Source: Clostridia bacterium (lineage in GTDB: Bacteria > Bacillota > Clostridia > TANB77 > CAG-508). From it: a stretch of DNA of 42,363 nt. The stretch spans positions 1 through 42,363 of the forward strand of contig JAAVXQ010000039.1 in the NCBI GenBank assembly GCA_022790685.1. The letters run 5' to 3'. Shown piece after piece: positions 1 to 9,242 of the stretch. A model generated the notes under the pieces. The model made no database searches, was not told the DNA's origin, and was given only the letters and a program-made list of their open reading frames with translations. Both the position numbers and the translations under genes were made by a program. How positions within the stretch are numbered: position 1 is the first letter of the stretch; each line of letters begins with the position of its first letter.

Positions 1-72
1 AATAAAAATAAATAATAAAAAAATAATAAATAAATATTTAATATAAACTTTAATAAAAATAGTACAAATATG

Positions 73-102
73 TTGACAAGACTCCTATAAATATGCTAAT
101 AT
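73..102 (+). promoter_or_regulatory. Putative sigma-70-type promoter for the tRNA-Ser pair
   Basis: TTGACA at 73-78 and TAATAT at 97-102 with an 18-nt spacer, about 30 nt upstream of the first tRNA. Confidence 0.5.
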
Positions 103-133
103 ATATGTGTTGCTAAAATATTAGCAAATTCTT

Positions 134-225
<92 letters not shown>

Positions 226-267
226 AAGAAATATGCTAGATAGAAATATCTAGCATTATATATATAT

Positions 268-360
268 GGAGATTTACCCAAGTGGTTGAAGGGGACGGTT
301 TGCTAAACCGTTAGGGTTGCGTAAGTGGCCGCGAGGGTTCAAATCCCTCAATCTCCGCCA
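268..360 (+). tRNA. tRNA-Ser (anticodon GCU)
   Basis: Acceptor GGAGATT/AATCTCC, anticodon stem ACGGT/ACCGT with loop TTGCTAA, long variable arm, GGTTCAAATCC T-loop, encoded CCA. Confidence 0.9.
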
Positions 361-362
361 AA

Positions 363-390
363 ATACTAGAATAATCTAGTATTTTTTTTT
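363..390 (+). terminator. Rho-independent terminator after the tRNA-Ser pair
   Basis: Stem ATACTAGA/TCTAGTAT followed by a run of 9 T. Confidence 0.7.
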
Positions 391-1319
391 GCATAAGTAT
401 AAAAAGTATGGATATAAATTAAAATTTTGCTGTGACTTTTTTTGTGTAAAATACAAAATATAAATTTAAGGAATAAGTTTGTATAATGTAAAAAAAGTAG
501 TTTTTTTAGAATGGAAATTAAAAATATAAACCAAGCAAATGATTAGGTAAATAAAGAAAAAAGGAGATTGTTAAAGGGCAAAAAAACATCAAAACACAGT
601 TGACATAAGCTTCTAAAAATCTGTTTTTTTAAACTAAGCAAAAGTGAAATATGGGTATAAAAATGGGAATTAATATTATTTTTAAGATTTTACAAAAAGG
701 ATGTTTTTTGTAGTTAAAATGACTAAAATATATTAAAATTTATTTTTTTTGCCTTAAAAAGATAAATTTTTTGAATAAAATAATAAAAAAATGTTATTTT
801 TGTATAAAAAATAGAAAAAATATTAAAAAAAAGTGACAAAAATTAAGGTAAAAATTTTTCAACAATATAACTATCATGCAGATAAAAAAAGATTGAATTT
901 TAAAATTATTTTTTTTATTTTTAATAATTATCGATAATTTTTATTAAAAAAAATGTAATAATCTAAATTGTTAGATACAAAAGGATTTCCAAGAAAATGA
1001 CATTGATAAAAATAATGTTATTTGAGCAAAAAAAGTAGAAAAACACATAACCTTTAAGACAAACTACAATATAGAAGTTACAATTTCTTATACATAAAAA
1101 TAATATGTGGAAAGATTTTTGACTAATGTTAGTTTTGAAAATAAGAAAAAGGAAATAGGAAAAAAGAAATAAGCAATATAAAATAATTTAATTTTATCTA
1201 TTTTATATATTTATAATAAATAAAAAAATTTTTAAGAAAATAAATATAGCGAATCATTGATTTATTAAGAGTAAATTTTATAAAATCTTAGATTCGCTAT
1301 ATTTATTTATTATTAAAAA

Positions 1320-1979
1320 TTAAATAATTAGTACATATCTTAGCATAAACCAATAGTGACAAGCACTACCCAGCATAACAAATATATGAAATATTTCATG
1401 AAACCCAAAATGCTTGAAATTAAGTTTTGGCCATTTTAGTCCATATATAATACCACCAATTGTATAAAAAATTCCACCTAAAAGTAGCCAAAGTAATGAG
1501 TATAGCATACCAGCATTATTAAAGGTTTTTATAAGAGGAAAGATGGCAATTAAAACAGTCCAACCCATAGAAATATAAATACTTGTAGTTAATGCTCTTG
1601 GTGCTTTAATCCATACAGCAGTTAAAATAGTACCTAAAACAGCAAAGCCCCAAATTATTCCAAAGATTGACCATCCCCAAGCACCTCTTAAAGGTCCTAA
1701 GCAAATAGGAGTGTAGCTAGCTGCTATTAATATATAAATCATTATATGATCAAATTTTTTAAAAACTGTTAAGCCTTTTTCACTTATATTTAGCCAATGA
1801 TATAAGGTGCTAAATAAATATAATAAGAATAATCCTACTCCAAATATAGTGAAAGATACTATATCAAAGGCATCTCCTTTTAAGGATGCAAATACAATTA
1901 AAACTACTAAGCCAGCTAATGACAAAACCGCACCGATGCAATGTGTTAAACCACTAACTAAATCTCTAACTTTTGCCAT
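1320..1979 (-). CDS. Hemolysin III / PAQR family membrane protein
   Basis: Multi-pass membrane protein with the C-terminal HxxxH-type motif FGFHEIFHIFVMLGSACHY. I place the start at the MAKVRDLV Met (1979) because AGGAGA lies just upstream; the ORF-track start at 2042 has no SD. Confidence 0.8.
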   Translation of the reverse strand: MAKVRDLVSGLTHCIGAVLSLAGLVVLIVFASLKGDAFDIVSFTIFGVGLFLLYLFSTLYHWLNISEKGLTVFKKFDHIMIYILIAASYTPICLGPLRGAWGWSIFGIIWGFAVLGTILTAVWIKAPRALTTSIYISMGWTVLIAIFPLIKTFNNAGMLYSLLWLLLGGIFYTIGGIIYGLKWPKLNFKHFGFHEIFHIFVMLGSACHYWFMLRYVLII

Positions 1980-2144
1980 ATAAAAATCTCCTTTCTGTTT
2001 AAATTCAATTAATATAATACTATGAAAATATGTAAAAGTCAATACAAATAGAGTTTAAAAACAAACAATCTAGTTTTTAAAACTAGTACACATTTGTCAT
2101 ATTTACATTGTACAAGAATAGTATTGTACCAAGGAGGTAAAATT

Positions 2145-2687
2145 ATGCAAAAAAAGATAATTATATTGGTAATTATAGGTATAATAATTTTGGCAGGTGT
2201 GGTTATTTATAATGTGAGTATTGAAACAGAATATATACCACAAGAAGAAATAAGTAATATTGATTTAAGAAAAACGATGGTAACATTATATTATAGAAAT
2301 AAAAATACTAAAGAAATACAAGCAGAAAGTATGTTAATTGATTCAAAAGAACTTTTAAAAGAACCATATTTAAAATTAATAGAAATATTACTTAAAGGAC
2401 CTAATTCAGATGAATTAGAAAAAATAATACCAGATAATGTAAAAATACTTGAAGCATCCTTTGAAAAAAATACAGTAAAGTTAAAGTTTAGTAAGGAAAT
2501 ACTAGTAAATAATGAAATTGAAGGAGTGGTTGTGGATAGTATTAGTAGAACCTTAATGCAATTAAATGAAGTAGAAAGTGTTGTTGTTGAAGTAGAAAAA
2601 GATGTGGATAAAACAAATAATATAGTTAATAATGATATAAATAATATACTTCAGAATGAGATTTTAGCCGAAAATACTAATAGTTAG
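2145..2687 (+). CDS. GerMN-domain (germination protein M-like) membrane-anchored protein
   Basis: AAGGAGG SD before ATG 2145, N-terminal TM segment (IIILVIIGIIILAGVVIY), then a GerMN-like region (TLYYRNKNT...EPYLKLIEILLKGP...VKILEASFEKNTVKLKFSKE). Confidence 0.55.
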   Translation: MQKKIIILVIIGIIILAGVVIYNVSIETEYIPQEEISNIDLRKTMVTLYYRNKNTKEIQAESMLIDSKELLKEPYLKLIEILLKGPNSDELEKIIPDNVKILEASFEKNTVKLKFSKEILVNNEIEGVVVDSISRTLMQLNEVESVVVEVEKDVDKTNNIVNNDINNILQNEILAENTNS

Positions 2688-2766
2688 AAATTATAAACTA
2701 AATTTTACTTTTTAAGAGAAATATAGTATAATACTAGTCTAATATAAAGGTAAGGTTAAAAGAAAA

Positions 2767-3504
2767 ATGAAGATAAATAACAATGAAAGAATAGATGATT
2801 TAGAATATGAAAATTTAAAAATAATACAAAATAAAGAAGGATTTTGCTTTGGAATAGATAGTGTGCTTTTATCAGATTATGCAAAAAACATAAAAAAGGA
2901 CGCTATTGTAGTAGATATAGGAACAGGAACAGGAATTATTGGTCTACTATTATGTAAAAAAGCTAAACTTAAAAAAATATATGGAGTAGAAATACAAGAA
3001 GATGTTGCAAAAATGGCAGAAAGAAGTATACAGTTAAATAGTTTAGAAGATAAATTTCAAATTATAAATATAGACATTAATAATATATCAGATAAATTAG
3101 ATAATAATTCAATTGATGTTATAGTAACAAATCCACCATATAAAAAAAAGAACACAGGATTATTAAATGAAGAAGAGAAGAAATTAATTTCTAGACATGA
3201 GATAAAATGTACATTAGAAGATATAGTAAAAACCAGCTATAAATTGCTAAAGAGTAAAGGCGAATTTTATATGGTACATAGAGCAGAAAGATTAGTTGAT
3301 ATATTATATACATTAAGGAATAATAAGCTAGAACCAAAGAATATTAGATTTGTTCATTCTAAAGCAGGAGAAAAACCTAAACTTATATTAATAAGATGTG
3401 TAAAAGATGCAAAGGAATATTTAAAAATAGAAAATCCACTTTTTATATATGATAATAATGGGGAATATACAGATGAAATACTAAAAATATATAATAAAAA
3501 ATAA
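2767..3504 (+). CDS. SAM-dependent methyltransferase, tRNA (adenine-N6)-methyltransferase (YfiC/TrmN6)-like
   Basis: SAM-binding VVDIGTGTGIIGLLL and catalytic NPPY (VTNPPYKKK). Sits directly upstream of rsmI, as in many Firmicutes. Confidence 0.75.
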   Translation: MKINNNERIDDLEYENLKIIQNKEGFCFGIDSVLLSDYAKNIKKDAIVVDIGTGTGIIGLLLCKKAKLKKIYGVEIQEDVAKMAERSIQLNSLEDKFQIINIDINNISDKLDNNSIDVIVTNPPYKKKNTGLLNEEEKKLISRHEIKCTLEDIVKTSYKLLKSKGEFYMVHRAERLVDILYTLRNNKLEPKNIRFVHSKAGEKPKLILIRCVKDAKEYLKIENPLFIYDNNGEYTDEILKIYNKK

Positions 3505-3519
3505 GAATGAGGAGTAAAA

Positions 3520-4356
3520 ATGAACGGGAAATTATATATAGTAGCAACTCCAATAGGAAATTTAGAAGATATAACGTTAAGAGCTCTTAAAGTACTTAAA
3601 GCTGTGGATATTATTGCAGCAGAAGATACAAGGCATACACTTAAATTACTTAATCATTTTGAAATTTCAAAAAAATTAATAAGCTATTATAAGCAAAATG
3701 AAAAATCTAAAAGTGATGTAATAATAGCTGAACTATTAGCAGGAAAAGATGTGGCGGTAGTATCAGATGCAGGAACACCAGGTATATCAGATCCAGGTGA
3801 AGAAGTAATAAAACTAGCAATAGAAAACAATATAGAGATTATTCCAATACCTGGTTGTGTGGCATTTGTTAATGCTCTTATAGCTTCAGGAATGTCTACA
3901 AAAGAATTTTGTTTTCAAGGTTTTTTAGAAACTAATAAAAAAAATAAAAAAGAAAAATTGTCTAGTTTAATATATGAAACAAGAACTATTATTCTATATG
4001 AAGCGCCACACAAAATGAAAACAACATTACAAGATATTTTTGATATTTTGGGAGATAGAAATATAGTACTTGCAAGGGAACTTACTAAAATACATGAAGA
4101 ATTCATTAGAGATAAAATAAGCAATATTTTACAAAGTAATCAAGAATTTAAGGGAGAATTTGTAATAATTATCGAAGGTAGTAAAATATCTAAGCAAGAA
4201 AAAGATACAAAGGAATTAACTAGCTTAACACTTGAAGAACATTATAATTATTATAACGAACAAGGATTAGATAAAAAAGAAATAATAAAAAAAGTAGCAA
4301 AAGACAGAAATGTAAACAAAAATGAAATATATAAACACTTTCTAAATAAAGAGTAA
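3520..4356 (+). CDS. rsmI: 16S rRNA (cytidine1402-2'-O)-methyltransferase
   Basis: N-terminus LYIVATPIGNLEDITLRALKVLKAVDIIAAEDTRHT is the RsmI/tetrapyrrole-methylase signature. A hairpin terminator follows at about 4372-4402. Confidence 0.9.
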   Translation: MNGKLYIVATPIGNLEDITLRALKVLKAVDIIAAEDTRHTLKLLNHFEISKKLISYYKQNEKSKSDVIIAELLAGKDVAVVSDAGTPGISDPGEEVIKLAIENNIEIIPIPGCVAFVNALIASGMSTKEFCFQGFLETNKKNKKEKLSSLIYETRTIILYEAPHKMKTTLQDIFDILGDRNIVLARELTKIHEEFIRDKISNILQSNQEFKGEFVIIIEGSKISKQEKDTKELTSLTLEEHYNYYNEQGLDKKEIIKKVAKDRNVNKNEIYKHFLNKE

Positions 4357-4453
4357 AATATTATATACATTAAAAAGATGCAAGAAAAGAGCATCTTTTT
4401 TTGTATATATTTTTTTGAAAAGCATATATTGGAATAAAGAAGAGGTTAAAGGT

Positions 4454-5045
4454 ATGCTAAATTTTATTTGGTGCTTATTTATAATAATTTCAGTATTTTT
4501 TTCTATAATAAATGGAAACTTTCAAAAGGTTAATGATTCAATTTTTATATCAATACAAAATACAGTAGAATTATGTATAAAATTATTAGGAGCAATGTGT
4601 TTTTGGAATGGAATAATAAATATTATCACAAATACTACTTTAAAGGATAAAATACAAAAAATTATAAATCCATTAAATAAATTTTTATTTCCAAAAGTTA
4701 ATCAAAAATCAAAAGCCTATGAATATATGTCTATAAATATGGTAACGAATTTATTGGGATTAGGAAATGCGGCAACTCGGAGCAGGTTTAAATGCAATTT
4801 CTGAATTAAAGGAAGCTACACCAAAAGAAAAAAGTCATTTGAGTGATGAAATTTTAATGTTCTTGGTTATAAATACTGCATCACTTCAAATAATACCAAC
4901 AAATATTATTGCAATAAGAAGTAGCTTAGGTTCTAAAAATCCAGGAGGCATTATAATGGGAGTTTGGTTTTCTAGTATTATTACATTTGCATTTATTACT
5001 ATAATGACTAAAATTTATTTAAAAATAAGAAAAGAGTCAGGCTAA
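4454..5045 (+). pseudogene. spmA: Spore maturation protein A, split by an apparent +1 frameshift near 4778 (or a sequencing error)
   Basis: ORFs 4415-4804 and 4767-5045 together read as one nucleoside-recognition (Gate) domain protein. GLGNAAT ends the first frame and GAGLNAISELKE continues in the next frame. SD GAGGT precedes ATG 4454. Confidence 0.7.
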
Positions 5046-5055
5046 AGGAGAAAAA

Positions 5056-5586
5056 ATGCATTTTTTTGAATATTTAGGAAAAGTTATTACACCTATTATT
5101 TTAGTTTCAGTAATAATATATGCAATAATTGAGCATAAAAATGTTTTTGAACTATTTATACAAGGGGTTATTGAAGGGGAAAAAATAGTTATAAAATTGT
5201 TTCCAACATTATTAGCTTTATTAGTAGCTGTTGGAATGTTAAGTGCATCAGGAATTACAGAATTTATAGCAAAAGGTATTATAAAAATATTTCCTGCTAT
5301 GGAAGAATATAAAAGTTTAGTACCTTTCATTTTATTAAGACCTATATCAGGAAGTACATCAAATGCAATTGGAACAAATATAATGCAAAATATAGGTGTA
5401 GATACTAAAATAGGAATATTAACATCATTAATAATAGGTTCAACAGAAACAACTATATATGTAATTTCTGTATATGGTTCAAAATTAGAAGGAAAAAACA
5501 TGAAACCAGCTTTAATATTAGGCCTGCTAGCAGATTTTATATGTGTAGTTTCATGCTTTGTTTTTATTAATTATTTATATTTTTAA
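5056..5586 (+). CDS. spmB: Spore maturation protein B
   Basis: Gate-domain membrane protein immediately after spmA, with AAAGGAG SD. Confidence 0.8.
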   Translation: MHFFEYLGKVITPIILVSVIIYAIIEHKNVFELFIQGVIEGEKIVIKLFPTLLALLVAVGMLSASGITEFIAKGIIKIFPAMEEYKSLVPFILLRPISGSTSNAIGTNIMQNIGVDTKIGILTSLIIGSTETTIYVISVYGSKLEGKNMKPALILGLLADFICVVSCFVFINYLYF

Positions 5587-5641
5587 ATAAAAAAGCCATA
5601 AATTTTAAATAATATAAATTAAAATTTATGGTTTAAACAAA

Positions 5642-6430
5642 TTATAGATTAATTAATTTTGTTGGATTAGATCTATTGGCTACATTTATGTTTATGGTAT
5701 TAGTATCAATATTTGCGTCCATAAGTTCATTTAAAACAGTTTGATATGCAAGTTCAGGAAAGTTATTTTCTTTACTTAAGTGACCTAGCATTACTGATTT
5801 CAAATTTTTGTTAATTAAAGCAGAAATTGTTTTTCCAGCAGTAGAGTTAGAAAGATGACCATTAGGACCTTTAATACGTTCTTTTAAAAGATATGGATAT
5901 TTAGAAAGTTTAAGAATTTCAGGATCATAATTAGATTCTAAAAGTAGAAATGAGCTATCTTTTAAAGTATCTAAAATTCTATTATCCATATGCCCTAAAT
6001 CTGTTGCAATACTAAGTTTTCTTTTACCATTATGTATATTAAATCCACAAGGATTTGCCGCATCATGTGGGGTTGAAAATGGATGAATAGTTAAGTCATT
6101 TAAAACAAAATCTTTATCATTTTCAAAAATCTTTATATTATTTTCTGAAATTTTTTTCTTTTGAGCTTCCATAGCGTTCCAAGTTTCTAAGTTTGCATAT
6201 ACAGGAATATTGTATTTGCTAGATATAAGTCCAAGACTTTGTATATGATCAGAATGTTCATGAGTAACTAAAATAGCATCAATTTCTTCTATTGATGAAT
6301 CAATTGATGCTAATGCTTCTGTAACTTTTTTTCCACTTGTTCCGCAGTCTACTAAAAGCTTAGTATTATTAGAATTTATAAATAAGCAATTTCCAGAACT
6401 TCCACTATATAAACTACAAAATTTTAACAT
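5642..6430 (-). CDS. MBL-fold metallo-hydrolase (YycJ/WalJ-like)
   Basis: HxHxDH motif (VTHEHSDHIQ) and N-terminal LYSGSSGNC typical of this family. Confidence 0.8.
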   Translation of the reverse strand: MLKFCSLYSGSSGNCLFINSNNTKLLVDCGTSGKKVTEALASIDSSIEEIDAILVTHEHSDHIQSLGLISSKYNIPVYANLETWNAMEAQKKKISENNIKIFENDKDFVLNDLTIHPFSTPHDAANPCGFNIHNGKRKLSIATDLGHMDNRILDTLKDSSFLLLESNYDPEILKLSKYPYLLKERIKGPNGHLSNSTAGKTISALINKNLKSVMLGHLSKENNFPELAYQTVLNELMDANIDTNTININVANRSNPTKLINL

Positions 6431-6451
6431 AATAATTATCCTTAAATTTAA

Positions 6452-7726
6452 TTATTCAGAAACTCTTTCTATTTTTGCTCCAAGTTTTCTAAATTTTTCT
6501 TCTATGTTTTCATAACCACGATCAATATGATTTAGGTTATATATTTCTGTTTTTCCTTTAGCTACAATACCCGCTATAATAAGGGCTGCTCCAGCTCTTA
6601 AGTCTGTTGCATAAACAGGAGAAGCATTTAAGGATTTAACACCTTCAAAAACAGCTGATTTACCCTGAGCAGTTATTTTAGCTCCCATTTTATTTAATTC
6701 AGCTGTATATTGGAATCTAGACTCCCAAATACTTTCATTTATAATGCTTGTACCATCAGATATTGATAAAGCAACACCCATTTGAGGTTGAAGATCTGTT
6801 GGGAAACCAGGATAAGGTAAGGTTTTAATAGTTGCTTTTGTTGTTCTTTTTGAACACCATACTCTTAAATGATCACCATTAGCATCTACATTTCCACCAA
6901 TTTCTACTATTTTTGCTATAATTGATTCTAAGTGTTTTGTTATACAATTTTTTATTACAACATCACCTTTTGATGCAACAGCAGCTAGCATAAAAGTACC
7001 AGCCTCGATTTGATCAGGTACAATGGAATATGTAGCATTTCCTTTTAGTTCTTTAACTCCATTTATTTTTATAATATCTGTACCAGCTCCACGAATATCT
7101 GCTCCCATAGTATTTAAGAAATTAGCCACATCAACAATGTGAGGTTCTTTTGCAGGGTTATCAATAATTGTAGTTCCTTCTGCTAAAACGCTTGCAAGCA
7201 TAATATTTATTGTTGCACCAACAGAAACAACATCCATATATATTGAAGTTCCCACTAATTTTTTTGCACTAGCAGCAATATTTCCATTAGAAACATCAAC
7301 AGTAGCTCCTAAAGCTTCAAAACCTTTGATGTGCTGATCTATAGGTCTAGCACCTAAATTACAACCACCAGGACTTCCTACAATAGCATGTTTGCATCTT
7401 CCAAGTAAAGCTCCAATTAAATAATAAGAAGCTCTAAATTTTCTTGTAACATCTAAAGGTGTTTTATGAGAATCTATTTTTCTTGTATCAATAGTAACTT
7501 CATGTTCAGAATTCCAAGTAACTATTGCTCCTAAATCTTTTAATATATCACAATATAATTTTACATCACTTATATTTGGTAAATTTTCAATTGTACAAAT
7601 TCCATTAACTAGTAAAGTTGCTGGTATAATTGCAACTGCTGCATTTTTTGCACCACTTATTACAACTTCACCTTTTAAAGGAGTTCCTCCAGTAATGACT
7701 AATTTTTCCAAAATATATACCCCCAT
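6452..7726 (-). CDS. murA: UDP-N-acetylglucosamine 1-carboxyvinyltransferase
   Basis: EKLVITGGTPLKGEVVISGAKNAA N-terminus and the overall EPSP-synthase/MurA pattern. The true start may be TTG 7711, which gives MEKLVITGG and has GGGGGT 8 nt upstream. Confidence 0.9.
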   Translation of the reverse strand: MGVYILEKLVITGGTPLKGEVVISGAKNAAVAIIPATLLVNGICTIENLPNISDVKLYCDILKDLGAIVTWNSEHEVTIDTRKIDSHKTPLDVTRKFRASYYLIGALLGRCKHAIVGSPGGCNLGARPIDQHIKGFEALGATVDVSNGNIAASAKKLVGTSIYMDVVSVGATINIMLASVLAEGTTIIDNPAKEPHIVDVANFLNTMGADIRGAGTDIIKINGVKELKGNATYSIVPDQIEAGTFMLAAVASKGDVVIKNCITKHLESIIAKIVEIGGNVDANGDHLRVWCSKRTTKATIKTLPYPGFPTDLQPQMGVALSISDGTSIINESIWESRFQYTAELNKMGAKITAQGKSAVFEGVKSLNASPVYATDLRAGAALIIAGIVAKGKTEIYNLNHIDRGYENIEEKFRKLGAKIERVSE

Positions 7727-7789
7727 ATTTTTGTATTAGTAATGAGCATAAATTTACTCAATATGGAATATATCACAAAAAGAAAATAT

Positions 7790-8416
7790 TTACAATATAT
7801 TTTTTTCATTTAAAAATTCGATGATTTTAAATTTTAAATGGATATCCTCTGAATCACTAGATATTATAGCAAAATCTTCTTCTGAAAGATTTTCTTTTAA
7901 TACATTTTCAGAAGTTTCATCAATAATTCCAGAAGACATATCTACAAAGCATAATGGTGGAAAAAGACTACACCACCAATTTTGTCCATTTGCTGCCCCA
8001 ATTTCAATTCTTAAGGCATCATAATTACCAGCTGGAAGAGAAATATTTCCATAATGTTTTGTAGGAAATTTAAAATTACCAATATTTACATTTACACTAT
8101 AATCAAAACCTTCTTCCTGAATAGTTTTTTGTGCAATTTCTTTAAAGTTTTCTAAATTAGAATTACATATATTAATAGCTTCATTTTTAGAAGAGATATT
8201 TTTAGTTATTTCTCTCATATATTCTAACACATTATCTCTTACTTTTAATTTTAATTCTTGATCGATTTGGTTGTCACTATTTGCTAGTATATGAAGTCTA
8301 AAGAAACTTTCACTTAAATCGTTAAAAACAGTAGTTGCATAAGAATTTATTGTAATAATAATGAAAATTATGAATAAAAGTAATAATAGTATATAAGATT
8401 TTATTTTTTCTTTCAT
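7790..8416 (-). CDS. spoIIR: Stage II sporulation protein R
   Basis: Signal/TM N-terminus followed by FRLHILANSDNQIDQELKLKVRDNVLEYM, the SpoIIR signature. Confidence 0.85.
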   Translation of the reverse strand: MKEKIKSYILLLLLFIIFIIITINSYATTVFNDLSESFFRLHILANSDNQIDQELKLKVRDNVLEYMREITKNISSKNEAINICNSNLENFKEIAQKTIQEEGFDYSVNVNIGNFKFPTKHYGNISLPAGNYDALRIEIGAANGQNWWCSLFPPLCFVDMSSGIIDETSENVLKENLSEEDFAIISSDSEDIHLKFKIIEFLNEKNIL

Positions 8417-8589
8417 AGTAATCTCCTTTTTATTAAAGTTTAAACAATTTTGTAAAATTTATCTATAAAATAGAGTATTTGCAAAATTTTAAAAATTATT
8501 CATGTCGAAAAAGAATAGACGATTTGAATTGACTATTGAGATGCAGAATAATAAAATTAGTATACAAAAAATATATGGAGGGATAAAAA

Positions 8590-9078
8590 ATGAATACAAA
8601 TATGTTTTGCAGTTTTTATGTCAGTGAAGCTCATTTAGTAACAATGCTTTTACCATATATGAAACAAAAGATGGAAGAAGAATATGATGTTTATCCTTTT
8701 TTTGAAAAGGACTTAAATAACATAGCACACAGAATTATTGATAGTATAACAAGTGTAGAAGAAAAAACAAATTTAAGAAAAATAGAATGGAAAAATAATA
8801 AAATAAAACTAAACAAGAAAAGAAAAAAACTTATAGTAATTATGGGAACAGAAGAATATATCAAAAAAAAGAAAAAAGATTTAGAAGAACAATTAAATAA
8901 TGAAGATATAGTAATAGAATGTTTTGAATTTTGCCAAACACAAGAAAAAATAAAGGAAATCTTAGATACACACTCTAAGATTATAAATACAAAAGGAGAA
9001 GTTTTGAAAGAAGAATTATTCACACAATTTACACAAAAGGCAGAAAAAGATAACAAAGAAATCACAATTATGAAATAG
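8590..9078 (+). CDS. Hypothetical protein
   Basis: GGAGGG SD 8 nt before the ATG. Lys/Glu-rich 162-aa product with no family I can name. The overlapping minus-strand ORF 8691-9065 is low-complexity antisense. Confidence 0.5.
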   Translation: MNTNMFCSFYVSEAHLVTMLLPYMKQKMEEEYDVYPFFEKDLNNIAHRIIDSITSVEEKTNLRKIEWKNNKIKLNKKRKKLIVIMGTEEYIKKKKKDLEEQLNNEDIVIECFEFCQTQEKIKEILDTHSKIINTKGEVLKEELFTQFTQKAEKDNKEITIMK

Positions 9079-9242
9079 TATAAGCTTATTATATTAAAAA
9101 TAAAAATCTATATAAAATAGGTAGCCGTAAGAGATTAGATGTACTTTATTGACTTAAGCTAAAAAATGATATAAGATAAGTAAAAATTTAATTTTAGATT
9201 TAATATAAGTGATGAAATATAGAAAGGAGCATATATACTAAA

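Noticed and set aside
5037-5501. Antisense ORFs overlapping well-supported genes: 3915-4124, 5037-5501, 7821-8024, 8691-9065, 23810-24148, 24536-24727 and 26418-26666.
   Set aside because: Each lies inside a gene with clear family motifs on the other strand (rsmI, spmB, spoIIR, the 162-aa ORF, radC, mreB, mreD) and lacks an SD.
8417-8589. Sigma-F-type forespore promoter expected upstream of spoIIR.
   Set aside because: I could not find a convincing match to the -35/-10 consensus by eye in this AT-rich spacer, so no promoter is claimed.
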